Assembly: GCA_043806135.1 (NCBI GenBank)
Contig: JAZDHG010000031.1
Span: forward strand, 1,110-65,109
Origin: Candidatus Omnitrophota bacterium
Lineage (GTDB): Bacteria > Omnitrophota > Gorgyraeia > B26-G9
Direction: 5' to 3'
Length of the DNA stretch: 64,000 nucleotides
A program made the translations under genes and the position numbers. Shown here in pieces: positions 1 through 10,566 of this stretch. The first letter of the stretch is position 1; each line of letters opens with the position of its first letter. The notes below the pieces were generated by a model. That model was not told the origin of the DNA, did not search any database, and saw nothing but the letters and a program-made list of their open reading frames with translations.

Positions 1-942
1 GACGGCAGGACCATGGTTAGAATAGCCGGCAGAATGGTGGATTTGCGGGTATCGACGCTTCCGACAATATTCGGTGAGAGTGTTGTTATCCGAATCCTTG
101 ATAGGGCTAACGTGCAGTTATCACTTAATGAAATAGGATTTGAACCTGATACCAGAGAAAAAATAAGGGAATTGATTAAAAAGCCCTATGGCATAATCTT
201 GAGTACAGGTCCCACAGGTTGCGGAAAGACTACCACGCAATATTCTGCTTTAAGTGAAATCAATTCAATAGAAAAGAAGATCATTACCGTAGAGGATCCG
301 GTTGAATTTGACTTGCCCGGGCTGATCCAAGTTTCTGTACGCCCAAAAATAAACATGACTTTTCCTGTGGCGCTTCGCCATATTTTGCGTCAGGATCCTG
401 ACATTATTATGGTCGGAGAAATCCGTGATACGGAAACAGTACAAATGGCCATACATGCTTCTTTAACCGGACACCTTGTTTTCTCCACTTTGCATACCAA
501 TGATGCGCCCAGTGTTATTACCCGGCTTATTGATATGGGAGTGGAGCCTTTTTTGATCGCTTCTTCCATCGAGGCGATTTTAGCCCAGAGACTTGTTCGG
601 TGTATTTGCCATAAATGTAAACACGAATATACTCCGACGGAAGAATCCTTAAGGGACGCGGGTATAAGTGAAAATGAGCGCAAGGAAAAAAAATTCTACA
701 AGGGCCGAGGTTGTGAACAGTGTAATCATTCAGGATATAAAGGCCGTTCCGGAATATTTGAATTACTTATTCTTGATGAGGAAATAAGATCGCTTATTCT
801 GGATAAAGTGCCTATTGTCCGATTAAGAGAACAGGCGATAAAAAGCGGAATGCGTACTTTAAGAGAGGATGGATTGCTTAAAGTTTTTTCCGGGCTGATA
901 ACCTTAGATGAATTGGTTGCGATAACAACGGCGTATTTATAA
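1..942 (+). CDS. Type II secretion / type IV pilus assembly ATPase (GspE/PilB family), C-terminal part; 5' end lies outside the window
   Basis: The reading frame is open from nucleotide 1. There is a Walker A motif GPTGCGKTTT, and the conserved secretion-ATPase core runs VEDPVEF…GEIRD…FSTLHTN. A C-terminal tetracysteine CHKC…CEQC forms the zinc motif typical of GspE/PilB. Confidence 0.9.
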   Translation, partial: DGRTMVRIAGRMVDLRVSTLPTIFGESVVIRILDRANVQLSLNEIGFEPDTREKIRELIKKPYGIILSTGPTGCGKTTTQYSALSEINSIEKKIITVEDPVEFDLPGLIQVSVRPKINMTFPVALRHILRQDPDIIMVGEIRDTETVQMAIHASLTGHLVFSTLHTNDAPSVITRLIDMGVEPFLIASSIEAILAQRLVRCICHKCKHEYTPTEESLRDAGISENERKEKKFYKGRGCEQCNHSGYKGRSGIFELLILDEEIRSLILDKVPIVRLREQAIKSGMRTLREDGLLKVFSGLITLDELVAITTAYL

Positions 943-1185
943 CAAGTAAAAAGAATATTAGCTCATAGCTGATAGCTCATGTGAAAAGCAAAAGGCAACG
1001 GCAGCGATGCCCGTATCGGTTTAAAAGGCAGCGGTAACGGCTAGAAGCGGATAAGTTTTGTGGAAAATAGTTTTTTAAGCGAACAAAGAGATCGTTCGTC
1101 CCTCGTCTTAATGAGCGGAGCGAATGGTCATCCATCGTCCTTCGTTTTTAGATGCAATACGCAATACTAAAAAAGAGATTAATTT

Positions 1186-2439
1186 ATGAAAAAAGAACTG
1201 TTTAATTATACTGCGGTCGACAGAGAAGGAAAAGATCTAAACGGACAGGTAGAGGCCGTTAATCTTAATGACGCTCTGAGCCAGATACGCCAAATGGGTA
1301 TATTCCCGTCTCATGTTCTTGCCGCAGATGAGAGAGTTGAATCAAGCAATATTTTTTCAGCAGTAATTGGAAAATTAAATATTATAAAACGAGGCGTTGC
1401 TAAGTTTAAACCGGAAGACCGGGTTGTTTTTACCAGGCAGCTTGCGGTGCTTCTAAATGCCGGTTTACCGCTAGTAAGAGGACTTCAGACGATTAATAAG
1501 CAGATGCGGTTTGGAAGAATGAGGGTAATGCTTGATGATATTATTGATATGATTCAATCCGGAAAAACTTTCAGCGGGGCGCTTGCGTATTATCCGGATT
1601 CTTTTTCCCGGGTTTATATAAACGTGGTAAAATCAGGGGAGACCGGCGGTGCTCTGGATGAAGTTCTTAAGAGGCTGGCTGATTACCTTGAAAGAAATCA
1701 CAGGATTTCGCAGCGCATAAAAGCGGCCCTGATCTATCCTTGTCTTGTTTTGGTTGTTTCAATCGTTATACTCGGTTTTATAGTTGCTTTTGTAATACCG
1801 CGCTTTATGGAATTATTTCAGAATACAGGCATTGCCTTGCCTCTTTTGACCAGGTTGCTGCTCGCATTTAGTAATTTTTTAGTGGAACGGTGGTATTTGT
1901 TATTTGGAGCAATTGTTTTAATGTTTATAAGTTATAAGCTGCTTTTGCGCAATTATGTTTTTCGCTATTTTAATGATAAATTAATCCTGAATATTCCTGT
2001 TTTCGGGCTTTTGATCCAGAAAGTAACTGCGTCCAGTTTTGCCAGAACTCTGGCTACTCTCTTAGAAGGCGGAGTCCCGATCCTTAGGGCGCTTGAACTG
2101 ACAAAGCAGGTCAGCGGTAATGAGGTAATAGCTAAGGCGATTAACTCGGTTTATGATAGTGTCCGGGAGGGAGGTTTTATCTCAAAAGTGCTTGAGAGTA
2201 CTGAGGTTTTCCCCCAGTTGATGGTCAATATGATAGCTGTAGGAGAAGAAAGCGGGTCTTTAGATAAAATGCTCTCAAAAGTAGCCGATACATATGAAGA
2301 GGAAATCGAGATTACAGCCGGAACCCTGACATCCTTGCTTGAGCCTTTGCTTGTTATTGTCATGGGAGTTGTGGTTGGAGTTATAGTTCTTTCCATGTTC
2401 CTGCCGCTCATTACTTTAATAAACTCTCTGAGTGTCTGA
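1186..2439 (+). CDS. Type IV pilus / T2SS inner-membrane platform protein (PilC/GspF family)
   Basis: The 417-aa product has two GspF-type repeats and three transmembrane segments. It lies directly downstream of the PilB-like ATPase, and an RBS precedes the ATG. Confidence 0.85.
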   Translation: MKKELFNYTAVDREGKDLNGQVEAVNLNDALSQIRQMGIFPSHVLAADERVESSNIFSAVIGKLNIIKRGVAKFKPEDRVVFTRQLAVLLNAGLPLVRGLQTINKQMRFGRMRVMLDDIIDMIQSGKTFSGALAYYPDSFSRVYINVVKSGETGGALDEVLKRLADYLERNHRISQRIKAALIYPCLVLVVSIVILGFIVAFVIPRFMELFQNTGIALPLLTRLLLAFSNFLVERWYLLFGAIVLMFISYKLLLRNYVFRYFNDKLILNIPVFGLLIQKVTASSFARTLATLLEGGVPILRALELTKQVSGNEVIAKAINSVYDSVREGGFISKVLESTEVFPQLMVNMIAVGEESGSLDKMLSKVADTYEEEIEITAGTLTSLLEPLLVIVMGVVVGVIVLSMFLPLITLINSLSV

Positions 2440-2507
2440 AAAAAGTACAATTGTGTTTTCATGCTTTGAAACCATTTTATTAAATTCTTTGAATAAAATT
2501 AGAAGTA

Positions 2508-2538
2508 TTGACAAAGCTTTATAAATATGTTATATAAT
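2508..2538 (+). promoter_or_regulatory. Sigma70-like promoter upstream of the pilM-N gene (TTGACA, 17-19 nt spacer, TATATAAT)
   Basis: Read directly: ttgacaaagctttataaatatgttatataat. It sits in a 265-nt AT-rich gap before the ORF at 2706. Confidence 0.5.
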
Positions 2539-2705
2539 ATGTACATAAATAAGTTACGGCTTCCAGCAATTCCGAAGGATACAGGAACTTACCTTAAATG
2601 TCACCTTTTCAGGGAGGAAAGGGTGGGGCTAATATTTGGTTAATAATCATATTTAGTAGCTTACCAAAAAAAATCAACAGGGAATGTAATTAATCAGGGT
2701 AAATT

Positions 2706-4304
2706 ATGTCTGCAGTAAATAAAGATCTATTCCTAGGTGTTGATATCGGCGCGGGTGCGCTTAAGATCGTTCTTTTGACTAAAGAAAAGAACGGTACGAT
2801 GCGTTTATTAAAGGCTGTTTGCCAGGAATATGAGGAAAGTGCCTTAGAACTTAATCCGGAAGACCAGCTAGCCAAAGCTGCCTATTTTCTTAAAAAATTC
2901 CTGCGTAATGAAAAAGTATTACGCAATGTTAAAGTAGGTATATCCATCGCCGGACAATCTGCTTTTGTTCGTTTAGTGAAAATCCCTGTTACAGCACCAC
3001 AAAAATTACGCCAAATTGTTCTTTATGAAACCCAGCAGCAGATTCCTTTTCCGATCAAGGATGTTGTTTGGGATTTTCAGATCTACGACCGCGATAAAAA
3101 ACAATTAAGCATTCTGCTGGCTGCAGTAAAAAAGGAATTGATAAATTCAATTCTTAATGTTGCGAGCGAGTGCTCACTTAATGTGGAATTTATAGATGTG
3201 AGTAATCTGGCGCTTTATAACAGCCTGCAGTATTTTTACCGGGATTTAAAGGAAACCCTGATAATTGATTGCGGAGCAAAAACCACAAATGTAATCGTTG
3301 CTAATGCCGGAAAGATCTGGACAAGAAGCCTGCCTTTAGGAGGAGAAGACATAAATGACGCGCTTATGCGCGTTTTTAAAATAGACCGCAGACTGGCCGA
3401 AAAGATAAAAAAGGAAAAGGGCCAGGTTGTGATGCTTTACCATGAAAAAGGAAGTTTGGAAGCAGAACAGGATCATAAGATTGCCGAGGCAATTACCGGT
3501 GTACTCACGGACTTGATAAATGAAATTGTTAAAACGCTTAATTTTTACAAATCACAAAATGTTTCAGAAGTAAAATTTCGCAAGGTTATTTTATGCGGAG
3601 GATTGAGCAAGATCAAAAATATTGATAAGTTTTTTGAGAGCAGCCTTTCTGTGAATGTTGAAAAGATAGACTACTTTAGCTTTTTAAAGTTTGATCCTAA
3701 GATAGACATGCAGGTAAATGAATTTATCGGTCCGGCTATCGGTCTTGCTTTGCGCGGCAACGGTATGGTGCCTTTGAATGTTAATCTTTTGCCTGCCGAA
3801 CACCTGCAATACAAACGGATCAAAAAGAGAATTCCCTATGTGCTGGGATCATTTGGAATAATTTTTCTGATGTTATTCGGTTTCTTTTATGTCTCGCTTA
3901 ATAAGTATTATTTGTTTAAAAGTTATCTGAATAAATTACAGATGAAAACAGACTTGTTCGAAAATAGTGAAAAAACTATTAATGAAGCGGATAATCATAT
4001 CCGAGCATACAGGGAAAAAATACAAATTATGCGTAAAGCGCTGTCGGCTAAGCATGTATTGGTTTTTATGCTTGAAGATATTGCGTTGGCTATGACGGAT
4101 AAAATATGGATAAAGAGCCTTAATTTTGACTTTGAAAATAACTCGATATCTCTGGAGGGAATCAGTACTGATGACCTGGACAGTATCGGAGAATTTCAGC
4201 AAAAATTACAGAAGAATACAATGATTAAAAACGTTAAAATCGAAACAGTCGGTAAAACCGGAAATAATACGATGAGTTTTTCCATAAGCATTTCCCTTAA
4301 TTAG
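2706..4304 (+). CDS. PilM-PilN fusion protein (actin-like ATPase PilM N-terminal, single-TM PilN-like C-terminal region)
   Basis: The N-terminus LGVDIGAGALKIVLL is an ASKHA/PilM-type motif. A transmembrane helix IPYVLGSFGIIFLMLFGFFYV sits around aa 375, followed by a ~140-aa periplasmic tail. The position between pilC and the pilO-like gene fits. Confidence 0.7.
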   Translation: MSAVNKDLFLGVDIGAGALKIVLLTKEKNGTMRLLKAVCQEYEESALELNPEDQLAKAAYFLKKFLRNEKVLRNVKVGISIAGQSAFVRLVKIPVTAPQKLRQIVLYETQQQIPFPIKDVVWDFQIYDRDKKQLSILLAAVKKELINSILNVASECSLNVEFIDVSNLALYNSLQYFYRDLKETLIIDCGAKTTNVIVANAGKIWTRSLPLGGEDINDALMRVFKIDRRLAEKIKKEKGQVVMLYHEKGSLEAEQDHKIAEAITGVLTDLINEIVKTLNFYKSQNVSEVKFRKVILCGGLSKIKNIDKFFESSLSVNVEKIDYFSFLKFDPKIDMQVNEFIGPAIGLALRGNGMVPLNVNLLPAEHLQYKRIKKRIPYVLGSFGIIFLMLFGFFYVSLNKYYLFKSYLNKLQMKTDLFENSEKTINEADNHIRAYREKIQIMRKALSAKHVLVFMLEDIALAMTDKIWIKSLNFDFENNSISLEGISTDDLDSIGEFQQKLQKNTMIKNVKIETVGKTGNNTMSFSISISLN

Positions 4305-4322
4305 TTAAAGGCGGCTTTTAGA

Positions 4323-5078
4323 ATGGATGCAATGCTTGTTAAAAAATTAAAATCAGAAATTGAAATAGTGCTAATAATAACAGTGATATCTTTAGTATTG
4401 TTAGTTTCTCTGGTTTTTCTTTCCCGCCGCATTGCAGATTTCAATGAAAAAACAGCTTTACTCGAGGCCCAGATAAAAAAATATAGAAGAACCATAGGTG
4501 ATGATGTCGATGGCCTTATTAAATTGAAGGAAACTCTTAAAGCTGATCTGGAGCAAAACTATATAAAGCTGGAGCGTTCTTTGAGCAGAGCATATTTAAA
4601 AGATACTGTATCGGCTACGCCTTTATCTTTCAAGAAAATGCTTTTTGAAGTGCATGAGGAGATAATCGATAGGGCAAAACGCAATAATGTCATGTTGCCG
4701 CAGGAGTTAGGCTTTGAGGAATACAGGCTTAAAGTGCCGGATGTTTCTCTTGTCCCGGTCTTGACAAGTGAGTTATTTGTTTTAGAGGAGATCAGCCGCT
4801 TTTTGATAGAGAATAAGATATATGCCATAAGAAACATAAAACTGCCGCATAAAGTTTCATTGCTTAATAATAAGACGCAAAGCGCGGCTGATGTATCTTT
4901 TAAGTCTTTTTCCATGCAATTGTCCGTGGAAACGGATTTTACGCAGCTGAAGCGGTTCTTGCTGGATCTGGCAGGCAGCGATAAGACTTATGTTGTATGG
5001 AAGATAGATATAAAGAGAATAGATGACGCAAGTGATCGGCTGGTGGCAGAGATTAACCTTAAAAGCATAGAATTATAG
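4323..5078 (+). CDS. PilO-like pilus assembly protein (N-terminal TM plus coiled coil)
   Basis: The 251-aa product has one N-terminal transmembrane helix and then a coiled-coil region. It sits between the pilMN and secretin genes. The call rests on architecture and context only. Confidence 0.45.
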   Translation: MDAMLVKKLKSEIEIVLIITVISLVLLVSLVFLSRRIADFNEKTALLEAQIKKYRRTIGDDVDGLIKLKETLKADLEQNYIKLERSLSRAYLKDTVSATPLSFKKMLFEVHEEIIDRAKRNNVMLPQELGFEEYRLKVPDVSLVPVLTSELFVLEEISRFLIENKIYAIRNIKLPHKVSLLNNKTQSAADVSFKSFSMQLSVETDFTQLKRFLLDLAGSDKTYVVWKIDIKRIDDASDRLVAEINLKSIEL

Positions 5079-5085
5079 GATAATA

Positions 5086-5802
5086 ATGAAGGAAAAATAC
5101 GAAAATTTAGAAAAAGTTATATTTTTTGTTTTGCTATGCTTACTATTAGTTGCCATGCCTGTTTTACTTAAAAAAAGAGCCGCAAGCAATGATATCCTTG
5201 AAAAAAAGATTAAAAGTCTCTCGATAAATAATTCTGAGAGCGTCGAAACGGGAAATGAATACACTAATACCGAAAAATATTTAAGAGTCCAGGAGCAAGC
5301 AAACAGGACACTATCATCATTAACTTCAAAAAGAAATATTTTTTCTGAGCCTGTTTATAAGAAGAATGCCGAGATCGTGACTGGTGAGCATCAGGTTTTG
5401 CAGGTAAGTGAAATAGGTTTTAAACCTCTGGAGATTGAATACCGGGGTAAAGTTTTCTTTAAAGATGATAATGATATGGTAGCACAGGTAAATATTCTTA
5501 AGAAAAGCTATCTAGTAAAAAAGGGAACTAAATTTGCTTCTTACCAAGTCGATGAATTAAATGAAAAGTTTATTAAGTTGACGGATAAAAAAGGAGAAGT
5601 CATAAAAATAGAATACAGGCAGAAGGTTTACACAAATGAGCTGGTGGCAAAAATAAAAGAGCTTACCTCTGCCTATTCGGAAACAGTAAGTAAAAACGGC
5701 AGTTTTTTAGAGTATAAGGTGCTTGACATCGACGAAGATTCTGTGTTACTATCACATCAAGGACAGCATCTTAGATTAGAGAAAGGAATGGTATATAAAT
5801 GA
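5086..5802 (+). CDS. PilP-like protein (membrane-anchored, precedes secretin)
   Basis: The 238-aa product has an N-terminal hydrophobic anchor. Its stop overlaps the secretin gene start at 5799-5802, which suggests translational coupling. The call rests on context only. Confidence 0.35.
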   Translation: MKEKYENLEKVIFFVLLCLLLVAMPVLLKKRAASNDILEKKIKSLSINNSESVETGNEYTNTEKYLRVQEQANRTLSSLTSKRNIFSEPVYKKNAEIVTGEHQVLQVSEIGFKPLEIEYRGKVFFKDDNDMVAQVNILKKSYLVKKGTKFASYQVDELNEKFIKLTDKKGEVIKIEYRQKVYTNELVAKIKELTSAYSETVSKNGSFLEYKVLDIDEDSVLLSHQGQHLRLEKGMVYK

Positions 5803-7733
5803 AAAGAATTGTCCTGTGTTTTTCCCTCATATTAACTCTGTTATGTTTCCCAAAAAACGTGATTTCTCAGGAAAATATTACCGGTTCGGATCAGGATCAA
5901 GCTCTTGAGCTAGCGGGGCGTTTAGCAGAACTTAAAAGTTCCTCAAGCTCTCAGATGGATGATACATCTGCAGGGGATATTTCAGGCTTTGTAAACCGGG
6001 CTTATGAGGCATGGGATAATAATAACTTTGATAAGGCGATAGAATACTTTAAAAAAGCACAGATTATCGAACCCGGCAATAAGAAGCTCAATGATCTTGT
6101 TTACGATGTAGAACGTGAAAAAATGAGATACGAGGAGCAGAAAGTTGCGATAGCAAAAGAGATCATAAAGCAAAAAAGAATGCTTGAAATTGATAAAGCA
6201 GGTCTTATCAGTGAGCCGGAAACTACCAGGAGCAGCGCAAAGGTTAAGACAGACCAACGTGTAACTCTAAGAATGAAAGCTGCCAGCAAGAGAGTTAGTG
6301 TTGACTTTAATAACGCAGAGTTAAATAAAATCCTGGAATATCTTTCGCAGGTAAGTGATATTAATATTATTATGGATGAGGATGCTCTAGCCAGGTCCCC
6401 CCAGGTATCTATTATTCTTAAAAATGTAACTTTAATCCAAGCTCTGGAGTCGATTTTGCGAACCAAGGGGTTGAGTTACCGGTTTGAGGATGATTTTATA
6501 TGGGTTAGTTCAAAAGAAAATATTGCCAATGAGGCGTTGACTACGCGTGTTTATCATCTTTCCCAAGGTCTGGCAAGCTTTACCGCATTTACAACTTTTG
6601 ATACAGTGACCATTGAAGGATTAAGGGGGGATAACGAAATCGTTATGAGTGAAAATAAGGCGGAAGACAAAAATGAATCTTCGGGTTCTGGAGTACGTAC
6701 TTATGAGGGAGTAAAGGTAGGAGGGCCTAGCGGTGTTGCCGGAAACATAACGGTTACGATTGAAAATGTGCTAAAACAGTTTGTAGGATGGCCTGAAGGC
6801 AGCAGAATATTCTTAGATAAGCGTACAAGCAAATTGATTGTACGCAATACTCCGAGTAATCTGGCAATTCTTGAAGACGTTATCGAAGCGCTTGATGTAA
6901 ATCCGCCCCAGGTAATGATTGAAGCCAGATTTGTGGAAATCGGAGCAGATGACCTTTATTCGCTGGGGGTTAAAATGTCGGCTGAGGTAAGTGCAGAAGG
7001 AGCGACATCACCTACAACTTTTCCGTTCAATAAAAATCAGAATACAAAATATTCATCCGCGTTTCCTTCTCCGACTACGGACCAATTTGCTTTCGGTACC
7101 CTTAATTTTTCTCAATTTCAGGCTGTGCTCTCGGCGATAGAGCAGAATACAAATACAAATACTTTATCTTCTCCTAAAATAACGACGATCAGCGGACAAG
7201 AGGCGGTTATTAAAATAGTCAAAGAATACCGTTATCCGACTAAATACGAGATCGAAGTGATCCGGGTTGAGAATGCAGCAGGGGAAACAGTTACGCAGTC
7301 TTTCCCGGTTCCGGTTGAATTTAAGACAAGAGATATCGGTATAATTTTACGAGTTACACCTAATGTGGGAGCTGATGATAAAACAATAAATCTAACCCTT
7401 GTCCCTGAGGTCAGCGAATTTGATATAGACAAGGATATGTACAATTACGGAACAGAAGAGAGACCTTTTTTGCAGCCTTTTTTTAATACGCGCAACGCAA
7501 CTGCCAGTATCATAGTTAATAATAAAGACACTGTGGTTATGGGCGGATTAATGCGTGAGGAAGTTACAAAGGGTGTGGACCGGGTGCCTATTTTGGGACA
7601 CCTTCCGATCCTGGGTAATCTTTTCAGCCGAAAAGTTGATAATAAACAAAAAAGAAATCTTTTGATTTTTGTCACGGCTTCTATTATCGCGCCGACCGGT
7701 GAGACAGTAGAGAAAAAAGCGGATGCTTTATGA
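5799..7733 (+). CDS. Secretin (PilQ/GspD family) with N-terminal TPR-like region
   Basis: There is a signal peptide. The C-terminal secretin domain carries the hallmark VVMGGLMREEVTKGVDRVPILGHLPILGNLFS, and an N-domain motif LDVNPPQVMIEARFVEI is also present. Confidence 0.9.
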   Translation: MKRIVLCFSLILTLLCFPKNVISQENITGSDQDQALELAGRLAELKSSSSSQMDDTSAGDISGFVNRAYEAWDNNNFDKAIEYFKKAQIIEPGNKKLNDLVYDVEREKMRYEEQKVAIAKEIIKQKRMLEIDKAGLISEPETTRSSAKVKTDQRVTLRMKAASKRVSVDFNNAELNKILEYLSQVSDINIIMDEDALARSPQVSIILKNVTLIQALESILRTKGLSYRFEDDFIWVSSKENIANEALTTRVYHLSQGLASFTAFTTFDTVTIEGLRGDNEIVMSENKAEDKNESSGSGVRTYEGVKVGGPSGVAGNITVTIENVLKQFVGWPEGSRIFLDKRTSKLIVRNTPSNLAILEDVIEALDVNPPQVMIEARFVEIGADDLYSLGVKMSAEVSAEGATSPTTFPFNKNQNTKYSSAFPSPTTDQFAFGTLNFSQFQAVLSAIEQNTNTNTLSSPKITTISGQEAVIKIVKEYRYPTKYEIEVIRVENAAGETVTQSFPVPVEFKTRDIGIILRVTPNVGADDKTINLTLVPEVSEFDIDKDMYNYGTEERPFLQPFFNTRNATASIIVNNKDTVVMGGLMREEVTKGVDRVPILGHLPILGNLFSRKVDNKQKRNLLIFVTASIIAPTGETVEKKADAL

Positions 7734-7841
7734 TACTTGGGGGGAATAATTAATACAGGATAAATGTTGATTTACAGGTAGCCTAAACCGAACACTTCAG
7801 GGAGAGATCCACGCCAAAACTTAGAATCCTCAGAATCTATT

Positions 7842-10418
7842 ATGCAAAGAAAAAAACTATATCTTATTGACGGTAATTCTTACAGCTATCGGGCCTTTTA
7901 TGCGATCGCTGATTTGACCAATTCAAGCGGAAAGCCGACCGGAGCTGTTTTTGGATTTGTAAATATGCTCAATAAGCTGCGCAATGAAGGCAAGCCCGAT
8001 TATCTGGCGATCTGCTTTGATCTAAAGGGGCCGACATTGCGTCATGAGAAATTTCATGAGTATAAGGCGCACCGCAAGCCTATGCCCGATGATCTGCAGA
8101 TTCAAATGCCTATTATAAAAGAAGTTGTGGGAGCTTACGGTATCCCTGTTTTTCAATTGACCGGGTATGAGGCAGATGATATTATAGGGACACTTGCGGT
8201 TAGTTTTAAAGATAAGGTTGATGTTTTTATTGTCAGCGCTGATAAAGATATGTTGCAACTTGTTGATAAATATGTTAGTATTTATTCTCCGCAAAAAGAG
8301 GATGCAATCACTGATGAGAACAAAGTTTTTGAACGCTATGGTGTTAAGCCCAACCAAATTACTGACCTTTTAGCTTTAGCCGGTGACAGCTCAGATAATA
8401 TTCCAGGAGTTCCGGGCATAGGCCCGAAAACAGCTGCAGAATTAATCGGAGAGTTTGGAAGTTTAGAAAATATCTTAAAAAATACGCATAAGATCGAACA
8501 GAAAAAAAGGAAACAGCTGCTTGAAGAGTTTTCTGAACAGGCTCGAATGAGCAAAGAACTGGCAACCATTGTAAGGGACGTGCCGATAAAGGTAGATTTA
8601 AAAAGGCTTGAGGGCGCGGGAGAAGATAAAGAACTCTTAAAAAGGCTCTTTCGTGAACTTGAATTCAAGAATCTTTACAGAAATCTTCTCAAAGATGATC
8701 CTTCGGAAAATGCCGAATTAAAGGTTGAGATAATTGAAACTGCGAAAAAACTTGAATTATTTTCAAAAAAGCTTTGCAAGGAAAAAGAATTTTCTCTTGT
8801 AATACAAAAATCCGATGATAAAATCTCCAATACGCTAAAAAGCTTAGAAATAAGTTTTCATGAAAAAGATTTCATAAGGATCAATCTTAGTAAAAAATTA
8901 ACCATAGATGACTTAAAGAAATTTCTTAAGCCTGTTTTTAAAAAATCAGATATTTTAAAAATAGGCTATGATTTAAAAACAATATGTGTTCTGCTTGATG
9001 CTTGCGGCATTTATTTAGAAGAGCCGTTCTTTGATATAATGGTCGGGGCATATCTGCTTGAACCCGGCGGCGAAAAGAGTACAATATCTGATATTGCCGG
9101 ATTTTACCTGGGGCGTAATGTTGATCAGCGGCTTCAGGTTTGCGAACAGATATCTTTGCGGGATATTCTGCTTAAGGAGCTTAAAACAAAGAAATTACAG
9201 GAATTATTTTGGCGGGTAGAGATGCCGCTGATCAGGATACTGGCTTCAATGCAGAGAAATGGGATCCGTATCGATGAAAAATATCTTTTGAAGCTGGGAG
9301 AAGAGGTTGATAAGAACTTAAATACGCTTACAAACAAGATCTTTAGTATCAGCGGTTGTGAATTTAATATAAATTCTCCCAAGCAGTTAAGCGAGATCCT
9401 GTTCGAGCGGTTAAAGCTGCCGGTAATAAAAAAAGGAAAAAGCGGACCATCGACAGATGTTGATGTTTTAATGCAGCTTGCCGATAAACATGCACTTCCC
9501 GCGATGATCCTGGAGTATAGAGAACAGGCAAAATTGAAATCAACTTATATTACCGGTTTGCTTGAGCTGGTCAATGCGAAGACGCATAAAATACATACCA
9601 CTTTTAATCAAACGGCTACCGCAACCGGGCGCTTAAGCTCAAGTAATCCTAATCTGCAGAATATACCGATCAGGACCGAGGCCGGACGGCAGATAAGGGC
9701 AGCGTTTATAAGTGAAACTGAATCTTCGCAGCTTCTTTGCGCTGATTACTCGCAAATTGAGCTGCGGGTGCTGGCGCATCTATCTCGGGACAGCATTCTG
9801 ATAAAAGCGTTTAAAGAAAAGCGCGATATCCACACCTTTACCGCTTCCCTGGTTTTCGGCGTAGCGCAGGATAATGTTACTGAAAAGATGCGCAACATGG
9901 CAAAAAGAGTTAATTTCGGTATTATTTATGGAATGGGACCTTATGCTTTGGCCCGGGATATCGGGGTCAGCCACAAGCAGGCAAAAAAATTTATTGATGA
10001 GTATTTCAAACGTTATCCGCAAGTTACTGCTTATCTGAACGGTGAAATTAAAAAAGCACAGGACATGGGATATGTGACGACACTTTTTAACCGTCGGCGT
10101 TATATACCGCAAATTAACGCTAAAGATGCAATGCAGAGGAGTTTTGCCGAGAGAACAGCAATGAATACACCGATTCAGGGCTCGGCTGCGGACTTAATAA
10201 AGGCGGCAATGATCGCTATTTACCGGCAATTAAAAAAAGAGAACTTAAATACTAAAATGCTTTTGCAGGTTCATGATGAACTTGTATTTGATGTGCCGGA
10301 TAAAGAAATGAATGAGGTTAAAAAAATTGTTAAAGATAATATGGAAAATGTATTGGAACTGGATGTTCCGATAGAAGTTAGTTTTAAGGCCGGAAAGAAC
10401 TGGAGAGACATAAAATAA
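7842..10418 (+). CDS. polA: DNA polymerase I
   Basis: The 858-aa product starts with the 5'-nuclease N-terminus LYLIDGNSYSYRAFYA. A 3'-5' exonuclease-like middle domain follows, and the polymerase motifs are DYSQIELR, RRxxKxxNFGxxYG and QVHDELVF. Confidence 0.95.
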   Translation: MQRKKLYLIDGNSYSYRAFYAIADLTNSSGKPTGAVFGFVNMLNKLRNEGKPDYLAICFDLKGPTLRHEKFHEYKAHRKPMPDDLQIQMPIIKEVVGAYGIPVFQLTGYEADDIIGTLAVSFKDKVDVFIVSADKDMLQLVDKYVSIYSPQKEDAITDENKVFERYGVKPNQITDLLALAGDSSDNIPGVPGIGPKTAAELIGEFGSLENILKNTHKIEQKKRKQLLEEFSEQARMSKELATIVRDVPIKVDLKRLEGAGEDKELLKRLFRELEFKNLYRNLLKDDPSENAELKVEIIETAKKLELFSKKLCKEKEFSLVIQKSDDKISNTLKSLEISFHEKDFIRINLSKKLTIDDLKKFLKPVFKKSDILKIGYDLKTICVLLDACGIYLEEPFFDIMVGAYLLEPGGEKSTISDIAGFYLGRNVDQRLQVCEQISLRDILLKELKTKKLQELFWRVEMPLIRILASMQRNGIRIDEKYLLKLGEEVDKNLNTLTNKIFSISGCEFNINSPKQLSEILFERLKLPVIKKGKSGPSTDVDVLMQLADKHALPAMILEYREQAKLKSTYITGLLELVNAKTHKIHTTFNQTATATGRLSSSNPNLQNIPIRTEAGRQIRAAFISETESSQLLCADYSQIELRVLAHLSRDSILIKAFKEKRDIHTFTASLVFGVAQDNVTEKMRNMAKRVNFGIIYGMGPYALARDIGVSHKQAKKFIDEYFKRYPQVTAYLNGEIKKAQDMGYVTTLFNRRRYIPQINAKDAMQRSFAERTAMNTPIQGSAADLIKAAMIAIYRQLKKENLNTKMLLQVHDELVFDVPDKEMNEVKKIVKDNMENVLELDVPIEVSFKAGKNWRDIK

Positions 10419-10566
10419 AGACATCCTATAAAGAGAAAGCAGGAGGATGTCTTGATTACATAGATGAAAAAAGAGATGACAGTGATTAAGGAAAGAGATT
10501 CTTTTTATTTAGGTTGTAAAAATTTTTGTAATACAATACAGCCATCAAGGCAGAAGATTAATGGTT

